From Octopus sinensis (taxonomy: Eukaryota), in contig NC_043004.1 of the NCBI RefSeq assembly GCF_006345805.1, positions 12,710,001 through 12,774,000 of the forward strand: a DNA stretch of 64,000 nucleotides. The letters are read 5' to 3'. Both the position numbers and the translations under genes were made by a program. The notes below the pieces were generated by a model. It was given only the letters and a program-made list of their open reading frames with translations. It was not told where the DNA came from and did not search any database. The number at the start of each line of letters is the position of its first letter. The stretch's first letter is position 1. Of the stretch, positions 24,253-36,396 are shown in pieces.

Positions 24253-24447
24253 AATAATAATAAGGGTAAAATTAATCAATTAAGAAGTAATCAATAATTT
24301 CACCAAGTAGAATTCGGTATGAAAAAAGGACCATTTCACGGCAAACTTAATTAATACTAATAAAAGGGTTCAGCAAAGATTTGCTTCACCACACACCGAA
24401 GTTTAGAAATAGCAGCCAAAAATCTTAGCTATTTCTTCTACTTTAAA
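24250..24447. repeat. Diverged relative of the family H1 inverted arm (no HHR seen)
   Basis: AGGGTAAAATTAAT...AATTTCACCAAGTA...TAGAAATAGCAGC...TAGCTATTTC is collinear with 5849-6030; also starts at a (TA)n. Confidence 0.7.
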
Positions 24448-24987
24448 AAGGGTCTCCCAGAGAAGCCAAAATATTTGAAGGTTATTCACACAGGCAGAGA
24501 GTAAAGCAACGAAAATCAATCAATATCTGGTCGGCGATTTGTTTCATGCAGAGAGCAGATCTCTCCAAGATGGAGAGGAGTACCAACGTCATATGTATCA
24601 GGCTTGATAATTGTTGAGAAACGTTCTCTCAGCATGAAACCAATGGTAGTCGTCTTAATCCATAAATAAACTATATGTTTGCCTCTGTGTGTGTGGTGTG
24701 TGTGTGTGTGCGTTTGTGTTATATAAATATTTGTGCGTATGTGTGTGTAAGTGTGTATGCACGCAAGCGATTGTGTATGAGAGTGTGAGCACTTATGTAT
24801 CTGTATAAATGCGTTTGTATGAGTAAATAATTTTATTCGTAGGTGAGTGATAGATAGAAAAATCAGTAGATAAATAGACAGATTGTGAAAAAGGGAGAGA
24901 GTAAAGACAGAGTGTTCATATGAGGAGAGCCAGAAAGACAGAAAGACAAAGAGAGAGAATGTGAGAGCGGGAGATGTTGCGAGAACG

Positions 24988-25032
<45 letters not shown>

Positions 25033-25069
25033 GAGAGGGGGAGAGAGGAAAAGTGAGATGGATGTCTGT

Positions 25070-25252
25070 AATAATCCTTTCTAATATTGGCACAAGGCCC
25101 GAAATTTGGGAGAAGGGGATAGTCGATTACTGGCATATAATTTATCGACTCCAAAAGGACGAACGAATGGTAAAGTCGACCTCAGCGGAAATTGAACTCA
25201 CAACGTTGCGACGGGCGAAATACCGCTAAGCATTTCGTCCTGTTCGCCGCCT
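25070..25252 (-). mobile_element. SINE family A
   Basis: GTAAAGTCGACCTCAGCGGAAATTGAACTC...CCGCTAAGCATTTCG...GCCGCC. Confidence 0.82.
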
Positions 25253-25378
25253 TATGGCTATCAGGCAGTTCGGATGTCTGTAATAACGTACTTTTGTATT
25301 TCAATTAACGTCTTGTTCGTTTATTAAAAGATAATTATCTGGGAAATATTTAGTGCGCACATGCGCACGTGACAGAGT

Positions 25379-25452
<74 letters not shown>

Positions 25453-25630
25453 ATTCTGACAAGCAAGTAACATTGGCAGCTAAGGGAGGCTAGAGAATAG
25501 GGATCAGGTGGCGTTAAGAGTGAAGAACGAACTAATACGCCAAGGAACGAAGCGAGCAAACGTCTAAGCCGATCACTGATGTTAATACGTCAACACCAGA
25601 TGTTAGTAAAGATAGCAGGCAATACATGAG

Positions 25631-25666
<36 letters not shown>

Positions 25667-25781
25667 ATATGCATACACAGACAAGCACATATGTATATAC
25701 AGAGAGAGAAGTATACATGTACATAGATATATACATTTAAGCGTATATAAATACAACATACATACATATATGCATGCACAG

Positions 25782-25857
<76 letters not shown>

Positions 25858-25970
25858 CATCCATACATACACGCATATACTTACTGCAAAACACATATTG
25901 ACACAACGAATTATCATCATCATCATCATCCTCCTCATCATCATTATTATTATTATTATTATTATTATTA

Positions 25971-26690
25971 GCATCTTTCAATTCTGTTTCTATTTCTTGC
26001 CGAGTGTGTTCCTGACACCTAGGGCAGAGAAACGTACTGTATACATTGGCGGGCCATTAAAGCAAACACACCAGATTGTTAATTTACAAAGTCATGTGAT
26101 AGAGAAAAAGGGAAAAGCAGAGAAAAAAAACCCGAATAAATAAAACGTCGAAAAGTAAACGAATAAAATAAAGGGGAAAAAAAGAGAGAGAACTCACAGC
26201 GACAATGCTGTTCTCAAAACGTGTGACATACCAGCTAAGACAATCTTCTGCACTGCGTGAATGGATGGTAAAGCCAAGGGTCATTCTTAAATAATTTTCA
26301 CTTCCTTTTTATATCATTCCAAGTGCTCCTACAATCACTGGTATTGTAATCGTCTTGAGATGCCACATCTTCTTGATTTCGATTCGCACATCTTTATATT
26401 TTCCGAGCTTCTCAGATTCTTTTGGCAAGATATTATGGTCACAGGGTATGCTCAGACTTTATTTCTTTTGTCTTTCACAACACTATCTGGCTTGTTTGGG
26501 AAGTACATATTGGGAAGTCCCAAAGAATAGTTACTTTTTTTCCATCAGTTACAACCTCAGGATGATGCTTGTACCATTTGTCAGCGGTTTAGATTTTATA
26601 ATACCGGCACATTATCCAATGTAGATATTGGCCAAATCTGTCATGTTTTGATTTCTACTCTACATCCAGATTATTATTATTATCTGGATG
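25971..26690 (-). mobile_element. 5'-truncated R4/Dong-clade LINE (RLE domain and 3' UTR) in (TAA)n
   Basis: Minus strand: KHDRFGQYLHW, WYKHHPEVV, TILWDFP, NKPDSVVKD, KLGKYKDVRIEIKKMWHLKT, PVIVGALGMI, VQKIVLAGMSHVLRTALSL*. (TAA)n on both flanks (25942-25970 and 26697-26733). Confidence 0.88.
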
Positions 26691-26698
26691 TAAGGTTA

Positions 26699-26731
<33 letters not shown>

Positions 26732-26734
<3 letters not shown>

Positions 26735-26946
26735 GGCGGCGAACTAGCAGAATCGTTAGCGCACTGGACGAAATGCTTAGCGGTACTTCGCCCGTCGCTA
26801 CGTCTTGAGTTCAAATTCCGCCGAAGTCGACTTTACTTTTCGTCCTTTCGTAGTCGATAAATTAAGTACTAGTTGAACACTGGGGTCGATATAATTGGCT
26901 CATCCCCACCCCCAAAATTGCTGCCTCTTTATTATTATTATTATTA

Positions 26947-26985
<39 letters not shown>

Positions 26986-27545
26986 GTTGGCGAGCTTGGA
27001 AAATTCTTAACAGCATTTAGTCTGTCTTTATGGTCTGAGTTAAAACTCCGCCGAGACCAGCTTTGCCTTTAATCCTTTCGGGGCGAATGAAACAAGTACC
27101 ATTTAAGTACCGGGGTCGATATAATCGTCCAGCACCCTACCCCAAAATATCTGGCCTGGTGTTTATAGTAGAAAGGATTATTATTTCTATTGTTAAAGGC
27201 AGGGTACTGGCTGAATCACTAACAAGCCGGACTAAATGCTTAGCAGCATTTTTCCGAACTGAAATTCCGTCGCACTTGATTTGCCTTTCATCTTTTTGAG
27301 GTCGAGAAAATGAGTACCAGTTGAGTACGACTTAGCACCTCCTGCGAAATTGCTGGCCTTGTGCCAAAATTTGAAACCATTATTATCATTGTTGTTGTTG
27401 TTTTTAAGGCAACGAGCTTGAAGAATCGTTAGCACGTGGGAGAAAATGGTTAGCAGCATTCTTCTGACTCCTTACGTTCTGAACTCAAGTTCCGCTAAGG
27501 TGGACTTTCCATTTTATCTTTTCGAGGTCGATAAGTAATGTACCT
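26732..27545 (+). mobile_element. Four consecutive head-to-tail SINE family A copies separated by (TTA)n/(TTG)n
   Basis: Heads at ~26733 (AAGGCGGCGAACTAGCAG), ~26984, ~27195 and ~27406, each followed by the CTTTxxTCCTTTCGxGGTCGA core. Confidence 0.85.
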
Positions 27546-27576
27546 GCTGAGCGCGACACAAACACAAAGCACCCAA

Positions 27577-27608
<32 letters not shown>

Positions 27609-27717
27609 CACAGAAAGAGAGAGAGAAAAACACACACACACACACACACATACACATATATATGTATATATGTGTGTGTGTGTAAATGCATGTATTTGTG
27701 TCTGTATGTGTTTATCC

Positions 27718-27910
27718 CATCATCGCAACCGATCGACAACCGGTGTTGGTTATCTTACGTCCCCGTAACGCATTGGTTCCTCAAAAGTTTGTGATAGAAT
27801 GATTACCCGACTTTAAGATAAATAGTGGGGCGGGGTCTCTCTGTTCAACTTAACCCTTCAAGGTGGTGCCCCAGCGTGGCCGCGCTTTGTTGACTGAAAC
27901 AAGTAAAGGA
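27718..27910 (+). mobile_element. SINE family B, 3' half, diverged
   Basis: ACGTCCCCGTAAC...GGTGGTGCCCCAGCGTGGCCGC...GACTGAAACAAGTAAAG. Confidence 0.65.
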
Positions 27911-28597
27911 TGAAAGGTAAAAGTTATTCCTTGGCCAAGACTCTAATACTTTCATGTTATTGACAAGAATACTCCCGACAGTCAATTGTACGAATTAACC
28001 ATTTGAATTGACATCGGTTGAAATAACGTTTTGTGATCTTTGCCCGGTTGCGTGTCGTTAGCTGCTTTCATTCTTGTATTATTGAAAACCAGAATTGATT
28101 GTGTATATTTCTTTACGCACTTACTCCAAGTGTAATAAATTTAGTTGGCTTAATTCACAATGTAAAATTGTGCATAGATTAATTTAGTCTAAATTGCCAT
28201 AAGACCTACCTTTGATGGACAAGACACTCTATAAACCTTTAGAACTAGAAATGAACAGAGATCATCAGAATAATTGTTCATAAGCTCTAAGATCTGCTGT
28301 GCTACCAATTATGGCTTCAAAGACGTCACGAAAGAGATTGGATATTGGTTATATATATCTATCTATTCGTCTATCAGTCTATCATCACTCTATTGTCTCA
28401 ATCGCTCCCTCTTCATACACACACACACATATATATATATATATACACATACATACACACTACATACACGCAGGCACATATATACTTGTACACACACACA
28501 CACATGCATATTACAAATATATTAAACTAATACAGCATTTGTTAAAACTTGTCCCTTCCGTGCTGTCATACACACGTATATAATGTGATATCTTTTC

Positions 28598-28805
28598 TAC
28601 TATGGACACAAGGCCTGAAATTTAGCAGAGTTGGGATAGTCGATTATATCGACCCCAGTGCGTAACTGGTACTTAACTTATCGACTCCGAACGAATGAAA
28701 GGCGAAGTCGACCTCGGTGGAATTTGAACTCAGAACGTAGCGGCAGACTAAATGGCGCTAAGCATTTCGTACGGCGTGCTAACGATTCTGCTAGTTCACC
28801 GTCTT
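28598..28805 (-). mobile_element. SINE family A
   Basis: GTCGACCTCGGTGGAATTTGAACTCAGAACGTAGCGGCAGA. Confidence 0.88.
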
Positions 28806-28822
28806 TATAATATGATATAATA

Positions 28823-28903
<81 letters not shown>

Positions 28904-28944
28904 ACACACACACACACGATTGTATGTAAGTTTGTATATACGCC

Positions 28945-29242
28945 TGGAGGCACATGGCCTAGTGGTTAGAGCAGCGGGCTCGAGGCCGAGGGACCGCGGG
29001 TTCAAATCTCAGACCGGGTGATGTGTCTGTTTATGAACGAAACACCTAAGCTCCACGCGGCTTCGGCAGAAGTATTGGCGAACTTCTGACTCTTTCACCA
29101 CAACTTTTTATCACTCTTTCCTCCTGCATCTTGTAGCTCACCTGCGACGGACCGGCATCCCGTCCAGGTGGGGAACCTATGCGCCAAGGAAACCGGGAAA
29201 CCGGCCCTTATGAGCCAGGCATGGGTCGAGAAGAAACAAACA
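28945..29242 (+). mobile_element. SINE family D
   Basis: GGAGGCACATGGCCTAGTGGTTAGAGCAGCGG head; CACCTGCGACGGACCGGCATCCCGTCCAGG core. Confidence 0.88.
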
Positions 29243-30032
29243 ATGTATATACGCACATTCATGGAACTAACACTAAATATATCGTCATAAAAATAAAGGA
29301 TAAGTGAGGATTCGTTGCATGGTTGAAATTCACAAAGCAATCAAATCCCCCCTTCACCAAATTAAGAAAATAAATGATTAAAAGAAAAATGTCACAAGAA
29401 TGGTGGTGAAAAATTATGATCCGAGTTAAATTTAATAAGTTTTTGTTAGGAAGTTCAATGATTAATGTTTGCTGAAGAAGTTTAAATTTAAAGCCATAAG
29501 GTTTTAGAACATATTGCATTGTATTTGTCATTCAAGGTGTGATGTACAGCTTTTCTAGAAGTCGTTAATAAATGACAATAAGTATAACGAAGGCGTGCAT
29601 TAATGAAAATGAATGTAGCGAATATATATATATATATATATATTGAGCAGATGGTAAGATGAAGATAATGGAAACAGCGATCTTAACACCATTGAAACGA
29701 CCATTGCGTGATTGAATTATTAAATTATTAATTTTTCAAATCAGCGTAATAGAAACAGAAGTGATAGCGTGTGAAAGTTTTAGCTTTAAAATATGTCGCC
29801 AAGTGTTAAAACGAGAAGAAGCTGTATATTAAACATGACAACATGTTCTGCAATTTTCAAGCCTCACAGGAATCCTAAAGGATTTGGTTCTTCCCTGTGA
29901 AAGAAAGACACAGCGTTAGAATGCTGGTGAAAAAAAAAAAAAAGAAAGAAAACGTGTTGCTGCATTTGTGTCGGGTCTTGCCTTCTAAGTTCAAATCCCA
30001 CTGCGATTTTGACTGTCTTTTATCTTTCTAGT

Positions 30033-30275
30033 GGAAGCGCGTGGCTTAGTCGTTAGGGTGTTGAACTCATAGCAATGTTGTGGTTTCGATTCCTGGACCG
30101 GGCGATGCCTTGTGTCTCTTGAGCAAAACACTTAATTTTAACGTAGCTCCAGTCCACTCAGCTGGCAAAAATGAGTAATCCTTCGATGGACCGGCGTCCC
30201 GTTTGGGTGGGGAATTTCTAGACCACTGAAACTGGGAACCGGCCCTTATGAGCCAGGTATGGCTCGAGAAGGAAC
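30033..30275 (+). mobile_element. SINE family D variant
   Basis: GGAAGCGCGTGGCTTAGTCGTTAGGG head; TTCGATGGACCGGCGTCCCG core; CCGGCCCTTATGAGCCAGG tail. Confidence 0.72.
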
Positions 30276-30569
30276 ATTTTTTCAATTTTTTAAAAATCTT
30301 TCTAGGATCGATACCATAAAGTGCTTGTCCAATATATTGCGTTAGAATATGGTGGTGGTGGGGGTGGGGGGAATGCGTTGCGGTACATATGCCAGCTTGT
30401 TAGGTTTTGCGTTCTCATTCCGCCGTGGTTTATATAAGCATTTCTTGAATATGGTCACAGACGATGACCGTATTTCTTAGATATTTACCAATTTCTTACA
30501 GCAATGCATTCTTTACAAGAAATATCTAAAAGTTTCTCACAGCATGGTCCCCTTTCCTTAACTATTACT

Positions 30570-30717
30570 TTCCTTCTTTCTTTCCTTCCTCCTTTCTTTC
30601 TTTTTTCTTTCTCTTTTTCTCTCTTTCTTTCTCTTTTTCTCTCTTTCTTTCTCTTTTTCTCTCTTTCTTTCTCTTTTTCTCTCTTTCTTTCTCTTTTTCT
30701 CTCTTTCTTTCTCTATT

Positions 30718-30753
<36 letters not shown>

Positions 30754-30755
30754 TC
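30570..30755. repeat. Polypyrimidine tract with a 20-bp higher-order unit (TTCTCTTTTTCTCTCTTTCT) ending in (TTTC)n
   Basis: About six consecutive 20-bp units are visible. Confidence 0.88.
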
Positions 30756-30824
30756 ATCCGTATTCAAATACAAGGGGCATTTTCCTTGTTTCTGCTTGTC
30801 TCTGTATCTCTTGTTTACTTATGT

Positions 30825-31050
30825 GGGTAGTAGTAGGATGTTAAATGAGAGATCGCAGTTCGAATCTCAGATGTGTGTGTTTATGAGCGAATTTCTGCTG
30901 ACTCTTTGGCACAACTTTCTCTCACGCATCCCTCCTGCATCTTGCAGCTCACCTGCGACGGATCGGCGTCCTGTCCAGGTGGGGAACCTATACGCCAAGG
31001 AAACCGGGAAACCGGCCCTATGAGCCAGGCATTGCTCGAGAAGGAACAAA
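30825..31050 (+). mobile_element. SINE family D, 5'-degraded
   Basis: CTCACCTGCGACGGATCGGCGTCCTGTCCAGGTGGGGAACCTATACGCCAAGG; followed by (ATGT)n. Confidence 0.85.
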
Positions 31051-32009
31051 CATGTATGTATGTATGTATGTATGTATGTATGTATGTATGTATGTATGTA
31101 TGTATGTACGTACTTATGTATGTATGTTTGTATTTATGTATGTATGTATGTATGTATGTATGTATGTATATATGTATGTATGGCACATGTACATATACGC
31201 CTACATATGCACATGTATAAATACGTGTGTGTATATATTAATATATAAACCTGCGAATGCATTTTAAATTCATTTATCAGAATATTTCCCAAGCTACAGA
31301 AATACTTGTAACTGTAGATAATAAATTCAACCTACGCGAAAATAACTACTGTATATGGAATTTTAAGGAAATTTGATCGAAACACGGTCTTAGGCTAGAT
31401 TAAATTTATGCCAAACATTTTAAATACTCTTTACTATTTAAGAAAAGAGAAAGATCAATGTATAAGTTTCATGTCGAGGGTTCTTGTAACATCGAAATTA
31501 TCCGAAGAATTTCTCTAACGTAACAAATTTGGGACACGTTTGTCTCAGTCGTTTTGTTTTGGCTGAACTGACGAAAGATTCTTGGAACAAAAACAGAAGT
31601 CGTACATTATATTGCGTCTGTGACAGTGAAATATACGGACATTTCCGTTGTATTTTCGCATGCATGGACATACGAAAAGAGCCGTTTTCTCCGGTTCTCA
31701 CATGTGTACGCCGTTGACATGCCGTCATAATCAAACGTCATGGGGTTTTCATTGATCACCGATATGCGAAACAGAATGATTTTGATTAGATCTCTGAAGT
31801 TGGTAAAACTTCCTCGATACAACTTTCTTGCAACACACCTCCCAAACCGATCACTGAAGCTCTCACCTTTTATTGAAGTTACCAGAGATCATCGACGTGC
31901 GGGCTCAAGGAAGATACATTAAGTAAGTTTTATTGTTGTAAGATCGATGTTGTTATCAGCAACATTGATTTTCAGTAGAGTTGCTGGACTGGGGTTGCCT
32001 ACTTTGAAC

Positions 32010-32275
32010 TTTTACTTGTTTTAGTCACTTGACTACGGCCATGCTGGGGCACCAACTTGAAGTATTTTTAGTTGAATGAATCGACTTCAGTACTTAATTT
32101 TTACTTTCTTTTGTTGCTAAACTTGGTCCTTATTGTATCAGGTTCTCTTGCCGAACCGCTATTACTGCAGGGTCGGCATGAGGCTATAGTAGAAGAGAGC
32201 CAAAATGTTACGCAATTAGGCTGGACCCGGATCCATGTGATTGGGAAGCAAATATCTTACCGCTCTACAACATCA
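32010..32275 (-). mobile_element. SINE family B, degraded with an internal deletion
   Basis: TTTTACTTGTTTTAGTCACTTGACTACGGCCATGCTGG...GAGGCTATAGTAGAAGA. Confidence 0.65.
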
Positions 32276-32784
32276 GAACCTATATTAATTCACTTATATT
32301 CCATTCTTATTCAGATATTCATGTAGCTGTTGATAAATTTCGTTTAATTGTGTATGTTTTTCCCTATTTCGATCTTATCTTCGGTTGTGGTCCTTATGGT
32401 GTAAGGCCCGTTCATTGTTTAGAATGAGTCATGGTCCAGTTTTAAGTGTTTCTATTGTCTTTCATCTAATTTTTCGGTTAAAGTATCCTAAGGATCTTAC
32501 AACGTATTCGTCCGTGATTCAGATTTTAGTTTGTTATCAGTGTCAGTTTATCAGCAACTTATTACAGGATTTATTGGGTCTGTTATTAATTAGTACCTTC
32601 GTAACATACGTATTCTTTCTGCAACCATCGTATTGTTTATCTCATCATAAATATTTTTCATTCTGGTGCAATGCCATCAATTTTGAAAGGAGGGGAAATA
32701 AATTACGTCGTCACTAGTGCTCAACAGATATTTATTTTAGAAAATTACTATTCTTTAAATCTCACAACGTGAGATATTCAGCAA

Positions 32785-33114
32785 CAGTACTTTGTAGTAA
32801 AGATTGTTTGCCAACATAACATGGCAGCCCTGGTTTAGGACTAATGTTGCTGTAATTTAGTCCCAGGAGACGTCGTCTCCAGCCGAAAAATTATTCTGTG
32901 CTGATGAAGGGAAATAACCCAGAAATCGCGATACACAGTTATTGTTTTGGAGCTGAGTGGGGATGCTAGATTCCCTTGGTCGAAAATATAAGGACACAGA
33001 TCGTGTCGTATAGCCAGCTGGAGACGATGTCTCCTGGGACAAAATTACATCAATATTAGTCCTAAACCAGGACTGCCATGTTATGTTGGCAAACAATTTT
33101 TACTACAGGTATTT
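32785..33114 (+). mobile_element. Hammerhead-bearing fold-back element, family H2: ~91-99-bp inverted arms around a 133-bp spacer
   Basis: 32793-32883 is a close reverse complement of 33017-33107; each arm ends internally in the palindrome CCAGGAGACGnCGTCTCC; the spacer begins with an HHR. Confidence 0.85.
32887..32948 (+). ncRNA. Type I minimal hammerhead ribozyme H2
   Basis: Helix I CTGTG(32896-900)/CACAG(32934-38), extended by AAAA/TTTT across an internal loop; CTGATGA 32901-07; helix II GGG-aaataa-CCC; GAAA 32922-25; palindromic helix III ATCGCGAT; predicted cleavage after AUA at 32933. Confidence 0.85.
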
Positions 33115-33284
33115 ATTTATCGACTCGAAAATGATAAAAAGTAACGTCAACATCGGTGGCATTTAAACTCAGAATGTAAAGTGCAGAAATAATCTTTAGC
33201 ATAATTCGAGGTAGATTTGGTAGACATCACTAATAGGTCTGAAGATCACTTTGATAGATCGGCTCCACTGGTTCGATGCTGGAA

Positions 33285-33460
33285 GATAGTTGTTGCCATT
33301 GTTTAGCTTCAGGTCAACCTAGACACGATAATTGCTCAATTTTTACAAACGTGCAAGGAACCCAGATACGCATTATCGAACATATCGTTTTTTTTTTATG
33401 CAACACCGTAAGGGTAAATCTAAAGAGACTTGGTTGCTATATCTAACAAATTAATCTATC
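33285..33460 (-). repeat. Interspersed repeat family E
   Basis: Minus strand TAGATATAGCAACCAAGTCTC...GTTGACCTGAAGCTAAACAATGGCAACAAC. Confidence 0.5.
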
Positions 33461-33989
33461 ATATCAAGAGGCTTTCTTTTGGCTTGAGACTGTAAGATCA
33501 TCACGTCATAATGTTATGTATAGCTGACCCCCATAAAAACCAGACATATGGATATAAAAAGAGAATAAAAAAAGAAAGAAAAAGGCAATGAAAAGATGAA
33601 ACAAAATGGCGTAGTTCAAAATGTCTTTAATGCTGAAACATTTTGTTAAATTTTATTAGCGAAGCTTTTGTTAAGATATCAGATCAGTAGACTTGGAAAT
33701 TACATCTTTCCGGATTCACTGTTTGTAGGTTAGGACTTCTTTCTTTTTTTAAGATTAGGCTTTAATTACTTAGCCAGCAGTAAATGACACCTTATACTAC
33801 TGTCCTCTCGCCTTGCACAGTCACCGTCTGGCATGCGTTAGCGTATAAACACTATGGCTATTATAGCACTTCCGGAATTATTTATTTTCTCTACAATATA
33901 ACTTGAATGAGTTAATTTTTTCCTTTATGTAACTTTAGATAGTTTCTCCATCGCACCCCGCTCCTACACATACGGATATCAGCAGAATT

Positions 33990-34700
<711 letters not shown>

Positions 34701-36217
34701 AGACACAAGCACATATACATTACTATACATTCTAACACACACACACACACCATTGTACACTTTAGAAGTAAGTATATTACCGTATCCTTTTGTTAACAGT
34801 AAAAAGAAAATGAAAAAGTCTGGCTGTTTCGTGACAAACACTTGTAGACGAATTCACTATTATATATTAGCGGTTTTCTTTATGTATTGTTTGGTTGTAT
34901 TAATGATACTTTCATCTGTCTTGTTCTTATGAACTGTAGCTACATATCAGAGACGTATTAAGCTGTGTCTTGGGACCAATTCATGTTCATCTAAATACTC
35001 GTATCTGGCGGATTGTATACGAGCAGCGTGTACGCTGTAAGATATCTTAGAAGAGGAGTTACAATGGCTATAATGTTTCAAGGAAACAAATTTACAACTT
35101 TTGTTAGATCGTTTCAAAAATATGTTTGTTAGATCAATTTGCAACACCATGAACTGGAGACAAATAAATAAAATTATATGTATATAAACTCATCGCAATC
35201 ACTTCTGCAAGGATGCTTAACGATAGTTTTCTCAAGTGCAATATACCGCTGGCAATCTGTCTCAACGTTCATATTGTGATGTTGCCGGTAAAAGTTTTTT
35301 TTTGTGGTTTATTACAAAAATGTTGGGTGTTACTTAAAGCAGAAGACATTGGTGGTATTAAGATACTTATATTTTCCCCTTAGTTTATTCCGTAGTTGTC
35401 GATCCGGGAAACAGGAAAGCATGAGTAGGCTGACAACATATTTTGCATATTTGACCCCCGCGAAAAAAAGATAGAAAGGGGGAAAATTGATACTACGATT
35501 CCTGAAGAAGTCATTGTTGAGAGCGTCACGCCATCTTTATTTTGTACTCTCTCGCACATGCCTCATTTGCTATTATTTGATTTTTGATGGAAGTCCCTCG
35601 TAATCAGAGGAAGACGGTTCAGCAGTTTCCTGCTGAACAATCTGCGGAGGTGGTGTTGCACATTAACTCACTTCCACCATCAAAACGACATTGCCTGAAC
35701 ACGTAAATGGTGTACCACGTGTGAGATGTCGAATTGAGCGCAGGACAATGCGAGAGGAAGTATGTTTTGCAAGAACAGAACGGACTACCCAGTCCAGGAA
35801 CTGATCGTGATCGTAATTACAACACCTTAACTTCTAGGCCAAATGCTCTTGATTGCCAATTTAACATCAACATAAAGTAGCATTACGAGGCCAGTAAAGG
35901 CGAAAATATAAATGGTTAATGGAACTAAGTAACGGTAATTAATGGAAGTAATGTCGTTGTGGCGACGGCTGCTATTTTTGTTTTGGGAATGGTTGATCAA
36001 ATCTGCGATCAAAGGCTTATCATTCCATCTCCTACATCTTTGTTGTAGATTCTTATAAGACAAAATGCATTTATAAACAATATCACCAAATATGTGGTCC
36101 TATTGTTTACATCGGAAGTCAGTGATTGGTTTCGCTGATTTTTAGCGGATATTTCTGTCAGTGACATCTTAGAAGTTTTCCGGGATTTTCGTGGAATTTC
36201 TTTTTATCTTACTTTCC

Positions 36218-36395
36218 ACTCTTTTATTTGTTTCAGTCATTTGACTGTGGCCATGCTGGAGCACTGCCTTTAGTCGAGCAAATCGACTCCAGGTCTTATT
36301 CTTTCTAAGCTTAGTACTTATTCTATCGATCTCTTTTGTCGAACCGCTTAGATACGGGGGCGTAAACACACTAGTATCGGTTGTCAAGCGATGTT
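36218..36395 (-). mobile_element. SINE family B, 3' half
   Basis: TTTGTTTCAGTCATTTGACTGTGGCCATGCTGGAGC...GAACCGCT. Confidence 0.85.
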
Positions 36396-36396
36396 G

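Noticed and set aside
26190-26284. Apparent minus-strand exon with a GTGAGT donor
   Set aside because: It is the C-terminus and stop codon of the Dong element (SL*|GAGT).
31560-31615. CTGACGA at ~31568
   Set aside because: Followed by GAAG rather than GAAA, with no supporting helices.
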